A DNA stretch of 64,000 nt from assembly GCA_963666275.2 (NCBI GenBank), contig CAXXOA010000002.1:1952001-2016000 (forward strand), given 5' to 3'. Both the position numbers and the translations under genes were made by a program. This document shows positions 20,577-29,475 of the stretch, in pieces. This DNA comes from Oceanispirochaeta sp. (lineage in GTDB: Bacteria > Spirochaetota > Spirochaetia > DSM-2461). How positions within the stretch are numbered: the stretch's first letter is position 1; every line of letters starts with the position of its first letter. Under the pieces are notes generated by a model. It was given only the letters and a program-made list of their open reading frames with translations, had not been told where the DNA came from and ran no database searches.

Positions 20577-21182
20577 ATGATTGGTGTAGTAGATTACGAA
20601 GCGGGTAATCTGAAAAGTGTAGAAACCGCACTGGCCTATGTGGGTGCCGATTTTTTTATCTCTTCGGACCCACAGAAGCTGAAAAATGCGGATAAACTGA
20701 TTTTCCCCGGAGTGGGGGAAGCGGCGGCGGCCATGAAAGTTCTGAAAGCTTCAGGGCTGGATCAGGTTCTCAGGGATTTCGCCTCCTCGGGTAAACCCCT
20801 TTTCGGGATCTGTCTGGGAAGCCAGATTCTCTTTGATCACTCCGAAGAGTCGGATACTCCCTGTCTGGGAATCCTTCCTGGCAATGTTAAACAGTTTTCA
20901 CGCGATATGGGCCTGAAAATCCCCCACATGGGATGGAATACTCTGAAACACACCAATCATCCTCTTTTCAAAGATATTCCCCAGGACAAATCCTTCTATT
21001 TTGTCCATTCCTACTATGTCTCTCCCATGTCCGGGGAGGATGTTGTCGGAACCAGCGACTACGGCATTGAGTTCACTGCAGCCGTGGCAAGAGGAAATGT
21101 GATGGCAACCCAGTTCCACCCTGAGAAAAGCGGGGAGTGGGGTCTGAAAATCCTGAAGAATTTTATGGAACTGGAGGTGTAG
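20577..21182 (+). CDS. hisH: Imidazole glycerol phosphate synthase, glutaminase subunit
   Basis: PGVG, GICLG, PHMGWN, YFVHSY and QFHPEKS motifs. Confidence 0.96.
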   Translation: MIGVVDYEAGNLKSVETALAYVGADFFISSDPQKLKNADKLIFPGVGEAAAAMKVLKASGLDQVLRDFASSGKPLFGICLGSQILFDHSEESDTPCLGILPGNVKQFSRDMGLKIPHMGWNTLKHTNHPLFKDIPQDKSFYFVHSYYVSPMSGEDVVGTSDYGIEFTAAVARGNVMATQFHPEKSGEWGLKILKNFMELEV

Positions 21183-21183
21183 G

Positions 21184-21948
21184 ATGCTGCAGAAAAGGAT
21201 TGTTGTCTGTCTGGATGTAAGAGACGGAAAAACTACCAAGGGAATCAAATTCAAAGGAAATATAGATATAGGTGATCCCGTGGAAATGGCGGCGGAATAC
21301 TACCGTCAGGGTGTGGATGAGCTTGTGTTCTACGATATTACAGCCTCGGCAGAGAAACGGGGTATTATGATAGACGTGGTCCGCAGAGTGGCGGAAACGA
21401 TATTTATCCCCTTCTGTGTGGGCGGCGGTATTTCCTCTGTAGAGGATATGCGGGCCGTTCTGCTGGCAGGAGCGGAAAAAATAAGCGTTAATTCCGCTGC
21501 CGTGAGAAACCCCGATATCATTGACGGGGGAGCCAGGCAGTTCGGTAATCAGTGTATTGTCCTGGGAATGGATGCCATGGCGGATCCTTCCATGCCTTCG
21601 GGTTACCGGGTGGTGATCGACGGCGGACGGAAAAAAACTGAACTGGATGCTCTGGCCTGGGCAAAGGAAGCTGAATCCCGGGGGGCCGGTGAGATTGTTC
21701 TCAACTCTATTGACGCCGATGGTACAAGAGAGGGATATGAGCTGACGGCCACCCGTCTGATCAGTGAGAGCGTCGGGATCCCGGTGGTCGCATCCGGCGG
21801 AGCAGGAACACCCCAGCATCTGGCGGATGTCCTGACAGATGGAAAAGCCGATGCGGCGCTGATCGCCAGTATGGTTCACTTCGGAGACTATACAGTTCCG
21901 GGAATCAAACAGTTCCTGAATGATCAGAAGATCCCTGTCAGGATGTAG
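21184..21948 (+). CDS. hisF: Imidazole glycerol phosphate synthase, cyclase subunit
   Basis: [35 protein letters not shown] and PVVASGGAG. Confidence 0.96.
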   Translation: MLQKRIVVCLDVRDGKTTKGIKFKGNIDIGDPVEMAAEYYRQGVDELVFYDITASAEKRGIMIDVVRRVAETIFIPFCVGGGISSVEDMRAVLLAGAEKISVNSAAVRNPDIIDGGARQFGNQCIVLGMDAMADPSMPSGYRVVIDGGRKKTELDALAWAKEAESRGAGEIVLNSIDADGTREGYELTATRLISESVGIPVVASGGAGTPQHLADVLTDGKADAALIASMVHFGDYTVPGIKQFLNDQKIPVRM

Positions 21949-21980
21949 CTTAAAATAAGTCTCTGTATCATATCTCTTTA

Positions 21981-22005
21981 TTCCCGGAGAAAAATTCTCC
22001 GGGAA
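21981..22005. terminator. Stem-loop downstream of hisF (possible terminator)
   Basis: TTCCCGGAGAA-AAA-TTCTCCGGGAA; no U-tract on the + strand. Confidence 0.4.
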
Positions 22006-22019
22006 AAGAAAGCTCTGTC

Positions 22020-22048
22020 TTGCCTTTGCCAATCAAAATCAGTATATT
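22020..22048 (+). promoter_or_regulatory. Candidate sigma70 promoter for the FmdB-family gene
   Basis: TTGCCT-17 nt-TATATT. Confidence 0.45.
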
Positions 22049-22101
22049 TTATTCACAAAACACTTGGAATACCCCTTCCATTAGAAGGAGAACTGATAAA
22101 A

Positions 22102-22371
22102 ATGCCTACTTACGATTACGAATGCAAGAACTGCGGACATATATTTGAATACTTCCAGTCCATGGCGGACGATCCTCTGACAACCTGCCCCGACTGTAAA
22201 ACAGAATCTCTGAAACGCCTGATCGGAGGCGGCATGGGTGTGATCTTCAAAGGCAGCGGCTTCTATGTAAACGATGCCAAAAAAAGCTCCAGCACCTCCC
22301 AGCCCCTGAAAGACAAAGCAGAGAAAAAAGACGCAGCTCCCGCCAAAAAGGCCGACACCCAGACAGCCTAG
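22102..22371 (+). CDS. FmdB-family zinc-ribbon protein
   Basis: MPTYDYEC..CG, CP.C and FKGSGFY motifs; AGGAG RBS. Confidence 0.92.
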   Translation: MPTYDYECKNCGHIFEYFQSMADDPLTTCPDCKTESLKRLIGGGMGVIFKGSGFYVNDAKKSSSTSQPLKDKAEKKDAAPAKKADTQTA

Positions 22372-22422
22372 CTTCGGCTCCGCTCCGCTCGGTGTATTTT
22401 CTTCCCTTTTTCAGCTCCATTC

Positions 22423-22604
22423 GTACAGACGCGATTTATCGCGTCTCTCTTCTCCGGGATAAGCATGCTTTCTCAGGATAAGCTTTTACATTATCAGCAA
22501 GGCTTTATCTCTCTTTCTCGTATACCCATAGATGCGATCAGGCTCCTATCCTTTGGCTTTTTGGGCTTAGATATAAAAAAAGACGCGATAAATCGCGTCT
22601 GTAC
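22423..22604. repeat. Inverted pair of family-A REPs (REPIN-like doublet)
   Basis: GTACAGACGCGATTTATCGCGTCT at 22423-22446 and its exact reverse complement at 22581-22604. Confidence 0.88.
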
Positions 22605-22626
22605 AGATAGGCTTTGTAGGAGAGGC

Positions 22627-23811
22627 TCAGCTTTCCAGTAATACAGGGGGGAAGTAGATCTTCTCGGCCTGTTCTTCCGCCTGTTTCAGCAGGTCTTCCA
22701 TACCTTCGATCGTTTCCCAGTCGGCCTGAGTCTGTTTGAGATCGGGGCGCACCTCAGGATGAGTCGGCGAAAAGAGGGTGCAGCAGTCGTCAAAGGGCTG
22801 TACCGATGTTTCAAAAGCTTTGATTTTCCGGGAAATCAGGATGGTTTCCTCTTTATCCATTCCGATGAGCGGACGGAATACGGGGAGTTCTACCGAGCTG
22901 TTGGTATAGCTCAGGCTTTCCAGGGTCTGGCTTGCCACCTGACTGAGAGCTTCTCCCGTTATGAGGCACAGATCGTCCCTCTTCCGGGCTATAGACTGAG
23001 CGATTTTCATCATGGCCGCCCGGGAGTGGAGGGTTGTCGTTTCCGGACGGACAGAACGGTTGATCTGCACCTGTACATCCGTAAAGGGGACTGTGTACAG
23101 AGTCAGCCCGCTGCACCAGGGGGCCAGGATCTTTGCCAGATCTTTGACTTTATCCAGTGATTCCGGACTGGTATAGGGCGGCGTATGGAAGTACACCGCA
23201 TCCAGGCTCAGGCCTCTTTTGGCCATCAGATAACCTGCCACTGGAGAATCGATGCCTCCTGAGAGCAGGAGCATCCCCTTACCGGCGCTGTGAACAGGCA
23301 GTCCTCCGGATCCTCTGTGGGTATACCCGTAGACATAACCTTTCTCTCTCAGTTCCACATGGATTGTCCAGTCGGGGTTTTTCACATCCACACGCAATTC
23401 GGGAAAGGCTTCCAGTACCTTTCCGCCCAGTTCGGCAGAATAGCCGTAGTTGTCCATGGGGAGACTTTTGTCCACCCGGCGGGTACTGACCTTAAAAGTG
23501 CTGCCGTTGCCGGCCTCAAGGTTCTGACGAGCTACCAGGAGGGCTTTTTCTGTGAGCTCCTCCAGATTTTTTTTACAGCTGTAGGAACGGGTATATCCTG
23601 TGATTCCAAAAACTTTTTCAAGACAGGAACAGACATACTCTTCAGGGAGATCTTCTGTCTCCAGGTAAAATCTACCTGACCTTATGGTGACCCTTGTGGG
23701 GTGGGGACGGAGGATTTTTTTGATATTATTTTTTAACTGCCGTTCGAAAAGGGCCTTGTTTCCCTTTTTCAGGGCAATCTCGCCAATTTTAATAAGATAT
23801 AGATCACTCAT
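22627..23811 (-). CDS. thiI: tRNA 4-thiouridine synthase ThiI (no rhodanese domain)
   Basis: GEIALK..N, THUMP domain, LLSGGIDSPVA, QVASQT, RPLIGMDK and DCC. Confidence 0.95.
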   Translation of the reverse strand: MSDLYLIKIGEIALKKGNKALFERQLKNNIKKILRPHPTRVTIRSGRFYLETEDLPEEYVCSCLEKVFGITGYTRSYSCKKNLEELTEKALLVARQNLEAGNGSTFKVSTRRVDKSLPMDNYGYSAELGGKVLEAFPELRVDVKNPDWTIHVELREKGYVYGYTHRGSGGLPVHSAGKGMLLLSGGIDSPVAGYLMAKRGLSLDAVYFHTPPYTSPESLDKVKDLAKILAPWCSGLTLYTVPFTDVQVQINRSVRPETTTLHSRAAMMKIAQSIARKRDDLCLITGEALSQVASQTLESLSYTNSSVELPVFRPLIGMDKEETILISRKIKAFETSVQPFDDCCTLFSPTHPEVRPDLKQTQADWETIEGMEDLLKQAEEQAEKIYFPPVLLES

Positions 23812-23887
23812 GGCAGGTATGGTATCAGATTTATGATTTTTGGGTCAGCCCTGACAGGCATATATTATGAGTTTTCCCGGGGGATTC

Positions 23888-24050
23888 TGAAGGGGACGCA
23901 GATCTGCGTCCCTTACGAGGAATTATCATGTTATAGGAGTTAGGTTTGCAGGGGTGTGAAGGGGATGCAGATCTGCGTCCCTTACGAGGTATTATCAAGT
24001 TATAGGAGTTAGGTGGGGGAAGTTCTGTGGGGGCCGCAGATCTGAAGCCC
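23888..24050. repeat. Tandem array with 69-bp period (about 2.4 units) carrying REP family D (GTAAGGGACGCAGATCTGCGTCCC on the - strand)
   Basis: Units start at 23888, 23957 and 24026 (degenerate). Confidence 0.85.
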
Positions 24051-24061
24051 ATCCATTGGGA

Positions 24062-25219
24062 TTATCTCCTGAACACAGCCCGGCCGACGATTTCCACCTG
24101 CTCTCTGAGGGCTGTGATAAACTGTTCCAGATCCTCCCGGGTTGTGGTCGGCCCCTGGGAGATCCTGATGGATGAGAAGGCTGTGTTATGATCGATTCCC
24201 ATGGATTCCAGAGCTCTGGTCCTGGTTTTCTTATTACTGGAACAGGCTGATCCTGTGGATATGGCAAAACCGGCTTCGTCCATCACACGGGTAAGAACCT
24301 CTCCGGGAAGGGGCGGTATGGCGCAGGTGATCATCCAGGGAGAGTAATGGGCGGGATTTCGTATCCTTGATTCCGGAAGGATCCGGCAGCCTCTTATGGA
24401 AGAAAGAGCATCCATCAGGTACGCCATCCTTGCTGCCGCAGCATCGAAATCAGTTTCACAAGTCAGTTCCAGAGCCTTTGCCAGTGCGGCGGCTCCCGCC
24501 AGGTTCTCTGTTCCGGGGCGGATTCCTTTTTCCTGTCCTCCTCCCGTATAAAGTGGGGAAAGGGGCCTTTTCAGATAGATCAGACCGATCCCCCGGGGGC
24601 CCCTTATCTTATGGGCACTGAAGGAGGCCGAATCCAGATCCCACTCTTTGAGAGTGAAGGGAATCTTGCCTGCCGTCTGCACCAGGTCCGAATGAATGTG
24701 GATTATCCGGCCCAGTTGAGATTCTTTCTCTCTTACTGTTTTAATAAGATTTTCCATGGGCTGGATCACACCTGTTTCATTATGCACCGCCATGAAAATA
24801 ACCATTCTGGTATCATCTGACAGGAGTTTTTCCAGTTTTTTTTCTGAAAGCCTTCCATCGGAGCCGGGATTAATAACCTTGATTTCCCATCCTTCTTTTT
24901 TCAGATCCTGTACGGGTTCCCATAAAGAGGGGTGTTCCAGCCCGCTGATAATGATGCGGCCTTTGTCCCGTCGGCGGAGCAGGGAGGATATCACCAGATT
25001 GTTGGATTCAGTCCCTCCAGATGTAAAATAGAGCGATTCGGGCGCACAGTGCAGAATCTCTGAACAGCTTGTTCGCAGCTCTTCCAGTCTCTGATGAGCT
25101 CTTTTTCCTTCCTGATGGAGGGAGGAGGGGTTTCCAAAGGTATTTTCCGCCTCTTTTACATACGTTGTCAGCACTTCCGGTGAGGCTGGTGTTGTGGCGG
25201 CCCAGTCAAGGTATATCAT
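24062..25219 (-). CDS. iscS: Cysteine desulfurase (IscS/NifS group I)
   Basis: MIYLDWAATT, GNPSSLH, FTSGGTESNN, SAHK and STGSACSS; ATG at 25219. Confidence 0.9.
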   Translation of the reverse strand: MIYLDWAATTPASPEVLTTYVKEAENTFGNPSSLHQEGKRAHQRLEELRTSCSEILHCAPESLYFTSGGTESNNLVISSLLRRRDKGRIIISGLEHPSLWEPVQDLKKEGWEIKVINPGSDGRLSEKKLEKLLSDDTRMVIFMAVHNETGVIQPMENLIKTVREKESQLGRIIHIHSDLVQTAGKIPFTLKEWDLDSASFSAHKIRGPRGIGLIYLKRPLSPLYTGGGQEKGIRPGTENLAGAAALAKALELTCETDFDAAAARMAYLMDALSSIRGCRILPESRIRNPAHYSPWMITCAIPPLPGEVLTRVMDEAGFAISTGSACSSNKKTRTRALESMGIDHNTAFSSIRISQGPTTTREDLEQFITALREQVEIVGRAVFRR

Positions 25220-25337
25220 AAGACAATACGATACCCTGAAGCATTTGCTTTTTTCAAGCGTGCACGGCATTTATTCCTTATTGAAAGGGTGATATTAAAT
25301 ATTGATTAAAATTGAAAGGAATGCTATTTTTCTATAT

Positions 25338-25637
25338 ATGGAAAACAAATGTAATTGCCCGGAAGAAGTGGTAGAAGGGTATGCCAAAAAACTGAAGGTC
25401 TGCGGACACCCTCTCAGACTGAAGATGCTCTGTCTGATTGAAAGGCAGGACTGCTGTGTTTCCGAGCTGTGGCAGTGCCTTGATCAGCCCCAGCCTGTTA
25501 TATCCCAGCATCTGGCCGTACTCAAAGATAAAGGAATCGTTGAGTCCCTGACGGAAGGAAATAAAAGAATCTACAGAATTGTCGATCCCTTTGTGCAGAA
25601 CATAGTCAAAGGTTTTGACGGCGTCCTGAATGTGTAG
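25338..25637 (+). CDS. ArsR/SmtB-family transcriptional regulator
   Basis: HPLRL, VSEL and ISQHLAVLK..GIV motifs; Cys-rich. Confidence 0.9.
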   Translation: MENKCNCPEEVVEGYAKKLKVCGHPLRLKMLCLIERQDCCVSELWQCLDQPQPVISQHLAVLKDKGIVESLTEGNKRIYRIVDPFVQNIVKGFDGVLNV

Positions 25638-25662
25638 ATCGGTTTCTCTATTATTATAAACA

Positions 25663-25698
25663 TAAAAGCCGGAGGTTTTACCCTACCGGCTTTTTTTA
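25663..25698. terminator. Bidirectional intrinsic terminator
   Basis: AAAAGCCGG...CCGGCTTTTTTT between convergent genes. Confidence 0.8.
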
Positions 25699-25712
25699 TG
25701 CCACATGACTAT

Positions 25713-26795
25713 TTATTTCCTGTCAGGATGATGATGCCTGTAATGAAGATACAGGAAAAATACAAGAACCAGTAACAGAGAAAGCAGAACCGGCAGGAAC
25801 CGCATGACTCCCCGGATGGAAACAAAAAGGAAAATACTGAATCCCGCAAAAACCTGAATCCCTATGATCAGAGAGAGGATCTGCCTCTCATCCAGCCCCA
25901 TGTCCAGGAGTTTGTGATGCATATGTTCCCTGTCGGGAGTGAAAAAGTGGAGGCCCTTCCGTTTCCGGCGGATCATGGCGGCAAAAACATCTGCAATGGG
26001 GATCATAAGCATGGTTACGGGAAGAACCAGAGCGGTACCGCTTTGGGGCTCCGCCATGAGGGGGAGTAGGGCCAGTAGAAATCCCAGAGTCAGGCTTCCC
26101 GAGTCGCCCATAAAAATCCGGGCCGGGGGGAAGTTGTAGAAAAGGTATCCGAAAACGGATCCCAGAAGGGTAAAGCATATAATGGAAAGGATGTTCTGTC
26201 CGTTTAACAGAAAAACTATGGCATAAATAAAGGTGGCCATTCCAACAATACCGGCGGAAAGGCCGTCCATTCCGTCTATCAGGTTGACCGCATTGGTTAT
26301 TCCGATAAGCCAGATAATTGTGAGGACAGGACCGAACCAGCCCAGATTAAGGGCTATGTCTGTAAAGGGAATTGTTATGTAACGGATGCCAACGCCTCCG
26401 AGGATCACAAGAAGGGAGGCTATGATCTGTCCATACAGTTTGATCCGGGCTCTCAGATTGGCAAAGTCATCCAGGATGCCGATGATGAATATCAGAAAAA
26501 ATCCTGCAAAGATTATCAGATTGTTTAGAGAGTATTCCAGGGAAAAATTGATTGATGAGTTCAGCAGTTTTGCCGTTCCCAGGGAGGTAACCCCTCCGGA
26601 AACAATCAGAGAAAGAACGATGCCGATTCCTCCCAGGCGGGAGATCTGGCCGGTATGAATTTTTCGTTCATCCGTAGAGTCATCGAACCAGTTTTTCTTT
26701 TTGGAAAGCTGTATCAGGAAGGGGATCAGGTACAAATTTAAAATAAATGCCAGTGTAGTTGCTGTGAATGCCAGCAGCAGACTTTTCGCTTCCAT
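25713..26795 (-). CDS. wecA: Undecaprenyl-phosphate GlcNAc-1-phosphate transferase (WecA/TagO, MraY family)
   Basis: RKIH...RLGG, GILDD, NAVNLIDGMDGL, FMGDSGS and HMHH. Confidence 0.88.
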   Translation of the reverse strand: MEAKSLLLAFTATTLAFILNLYLIPFLIQLSKKKNWFDDSTDERKIHTGQISRLGGIGIVLSLIVSGGVTSLGTAKLLNSSINFSLEYSLNNLIIFAGFFLIFIIGILDDFANLRARIKLYGQIIASLLVILGGVGIRYITIPFTDIALNLGWFGPVLTIIWLIGITNAVNLIDGMDGLSAGIVGMATFIYAIVFLLNGQNILSIICFTLLGSVFGYLFYNFPPARIFMGDSGSLTLGFLLALLPLMAEPQSGTALVLPVTMLMIPIADVFAAMIRRKRKGLHFFTPDREHMHHKLLDMGLDERQILSLIIGIQVFAGFSIFLFVSIRGVMRFLPVLLSLLLVLVFFLYLHYRHHHPDRK

Positions 26796-26893
26796 GCAAT
26801 CCCCGTTTTTAATAGTAATCAACAATCTAAAACATCATACAGTACTCGGAAATCCTTGTCCATAACCGTATGTTCTTATATATTCTAGTACAT

Positions 26894-27655
26894 ATGAAGA
26901 AGAAATTTATTCTTAAAAACCTTTTATTGACAGTTGTTGTTCTTTTGAGTTTGGCTTTTCCTCTTTCTGCCAAAAAGCCCGAAGAGTGGGACGGAATCAA
27001 CTTTCTTGAGAGGGAGCTCAACTACGTGGAAAGCTCCGAACTCTCACTGATTCCCCGATTCGAACAGGAGGGCGAGGTTCGTAAGATTCTGAAGGATTTT
27101 GATCCCTCCGGAACGGTGGAACTTCTCTACAGAATGCCTCTGCCTTCCAATCAGGGTGATGATCTTATGCTCCATATCCTGAACAGCATCAGCCGCATCA
27201 GTACGATGGAGGGTATTGAATACTATTCAGGCAGCCGGAAATCCATGTATCCCTATCTTGAAAAAGCCGCTGTTGTGGAAGATAAGAAGAGTGAAACCCC
27301 CATAGCGGACCTTCAGTTTGATTCCCTGCCCTCCAAACCGGGGAAGTTCGTTATCTACCAGAGAGACACCACCTTCGGGGATACCTGGTATGATGTGGAA
27401 ATGGAATACACTGGCTCTGCCATCAGGCTGTCCATGACCAATACCACAACCATGTGGTACAAGGTGTTTCCGGTGCTCAGAAAGGACAGGCTTCATATCG
27501 AAATGATCATTGTTCCTCACGAGGATGATCTTCTTTTCTATGGCCTGGCAGCCTTTAAACTGGGCAATACCTTCGGTTTTGAAATCCCCCTGGATGAGTC
27601 TTTCGACCATAGAATGAGCGCTCTGCAGGTCTGGTTCTATAACCAGGTCTACTGA
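26894..27655 (+). CDS. Exported DUF6675-like protein
   Basis: Signal peptide; ISTMEGIEYYSGSR and QRDTTFG resemble a spirochaete-conserved family (from recall). Confidence 0.7.
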   Translation: MKKKFILKNLLLTVVVLLSLAFPLSAKKPEEWDGINFLERELNYVESSELSLIPRFEQEGEVRKILKDFDPSGTVELLYRMPLPSNQGDDLMLHILNSISRISTMEGIEYYSGSRKSMYPYLEKAAVVEDKKSETPIADLQFDSLPSKPGKFVIYQRDTTFGDTWYDVEMEYTGSAIRLSMTNTTTMWYKVFPVLRKDRLHIEMIIVPHEDDLLFYGLAAFKLGNTFGFEIPLDESFDHRMSALQVWFYNQVY

Positions 27656-27667
27656 TACCGCTTAACC

Positions 27668-27723
27668 CCATCGCCGTACCAGCGTCTGCCTTTAACTAAC
27701 AGAGAGCCCCGGTACGGCGATGG
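27668..27723. other. Long stem-loop (13-bp perfect inverted repeat)
   Basis: CCATCGCCGTACC ... GGTACGGCGATGG with a 30-nt interior. Confidence 0.75.
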
Positions 27724-27825
27724 TAAGTCTTATCCAGATGTCCTCATGTTAGTCCTCGCAAAGTAACCTTATAACCAGCTCAACACGTATGTCCGGTTAG
27801 ATCCAACTTATCTATAGATCCACAC

Positions 27826-27999
27826 GTAAAGACGCGATTTATCGCGTCTCCTTATCTCCCCTCACATCGAGCATCAAGACAAACCACGCATGTATCTCTA
27901 ATCAGATTGTATAGAGATGATACTGGACGTGAAGAGATAAAGCAGACGACAAGATATGAATCAATCAAGAACAGAAGACGCGTTAAAACGCGTCTGTGC
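27826..27999. repeat. Inverted pair of family-A REPs
   Basis: GTAAAGACGCGATTTATCGCGTCTC (27826-27850) and AGACGCGTTAAAACGCGTCTGTGC (27976-27999). Confidence 0.8.
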
Positions 28000-28070
28000 A
28001 GGCTCCTCTCAGCCAATAATCAATAACTGAGGAAAGCCTGCATTAAGCTAAGCCGAAGCAGCCCTATAGA

Positions 28071-29402
28071 TTAATAGGACAAAGAGCTTGTGATGATAAT
28101 CTCGTATTTATCAAAATCCGAGAAGGCCAGGTCGTTGGAAAGATCCACCGCCAGGGTGCCCCTTGCGTGGAGGCTGTTCAGTTTATCCAGATAGAGGATA
28201 AAGTCGGCTCCCGTTCCGTAACGGAAGTCCTGTTCTTTGTCGAATGCTTCGCCTTCCCGTTTGGTAAGACCCATATCAAAGAAGGGCTGGAACTGGGCTT
28301 CTCCGACGCCTTCCCACTGGATCACTCCCACAGTCAGGTCGTGGCTCATGAAAACACCGGATATTCCGTACATGGAGCTGTTCGTCGGGCCTCTGAGGTA
28401 TTCATCCATTCCCGAGAGTTCATCCTGAAAGCTGAAGACTCCGTAGAGGCGGTTGGAATAGTTCAGCCTCTTATGGAGAATCTTATAGTATTTCTCTTCC
28501 GCATCGATAGTAAATTTCAGGCCATTGTAGTCTTCCGTATCCGGACGGAACACATAGGCTACGCTGTTGCCGGCGGTCAGGCTGAATCCTTCCCTGAAAT
28601 TCTTCTTCCAGTCCACCGCGCTGTAGCCGCCGCTGTGGCTGAATTTCAGATAGTAAGGTTCTTTCTCGTAATTGAAACCGCTGTCGCCGTAATTGAAACC
28701 GATGGAGGGGCTGATCCTGTAATAGTAGTCATTCCCCAGGTCGTATTTGGTAGAGATGGAAAAATCACTGTTATAGTAGTTATGCTCTTCTATGAGGGTC
28801 CCATCTTTCTCTGATTTCTCATTTGTTACGTATTGCTGCATAAAGCCGAAGTCGTACTCTTTGTCTCCGATTTTGACATCATTCAATTGAGGATTGAAGG
28901 TCCAGGCTCCCGGGGTGAAACTCTCTTCTTCTTCATCCCACTGGAGGTCCAGGTTCATGCCCAGATAGAAGTTGTTCATACTGCCCAGAGCATTGTCGTA
29001 AAATAGTTTCAATCCCACCCGGAATCCGACGCCGGTCTCATACTTGGGATAGGGTATGGGAAGGATCGTCCAGGTATCCTCAAGGAAAATATCTACAGTG
29101 TAGTAGGTTGTCTCTTCCTCGGTCCTGAGTTTCCGGGTATGCATCTGAACGCCTCCCGGGTTGAATACTCTTGTATTGATAAGGTCCTGTTCCTGATCGG
29201 AAACAGCGGCAACAAGGGCTTCGTAGGAGGGGAAAACCTGCCCCTCCTGAAGATTCATCTCTTTTCTGAGGGCCTTTTCTTTGGTGATGCCGTCTATATT
29301 GATATCGAATTGTTCGATTATATGTTGTTCTTCTGCGAATAGCGCAGTAAAGAAGAGGAGATTCAGCAGTATTGCCAGTTTTTTTAAGTCTATTTTTTTC
29401 AT
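28071..29402 (-). CDS. Outer-membrane protein with one POTRA-like domain and a beta-barrel (Omp85-like)
   Basis: Signal peptide; I.G.TKE..L.KEM.LQEGQVF...L..TRVF POTRA pattern; DTWTILP; C-terminal Tyr. Confidence 0.7.
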   Translation of the reverse strand: MKKIDLKKLAILLNLLFFTALFAEEQHIIEQFDINIDGITKEKALRKEMNLQEGQVFPSYEALVAAVSDQEQDLINTRVFNPGGVQMHTRKLRTEEETTYYTVDIFLEDTWTILPIPYPKYETGVGFRVGLKLFYDNALGSMNNFYLGMNLDLQWDEEEESFTPGAWTFNPQLNDVKIGDKEYDFGFMQQYVTNEKSEKDGTLIEEHNYYNSDFSISTKYDLGNDYYYRISPSIGFNYGDSGFNYEKEPYYLKFSHSGGYSAVDWKKNFREGFSLTAGNSVAYVFRPDTEDYNGLKFTIDAEEKYYKILHKRLNYSNRLYGVFSFQDELSGMDEYLRGPTNSSMYGISGVFMSHDLTVGVIQWEGVGEAQFQPFFDMGLTKREGEAFDKEQDFRYGTGADFILYLDKLNSLHARGTLAVDLSNDLAFSDFDKYEIIITSSLSY

Positions 29403-29475
29403 AAGCTACCCTATCATGGAGATTTGAATTTCAGCAAGCCTTTACGGAAGGGTATTCCGTGACTATACTGTCTCC

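Noticed and set aside
23831..24052. 73-aa ORF with a repeated NSYN.IIPRKGRRSASPS peptide
   Set aside because: By-product of a 69-bp (multiple of 3) DNA repeat; no clear RBS or other coding evidence.
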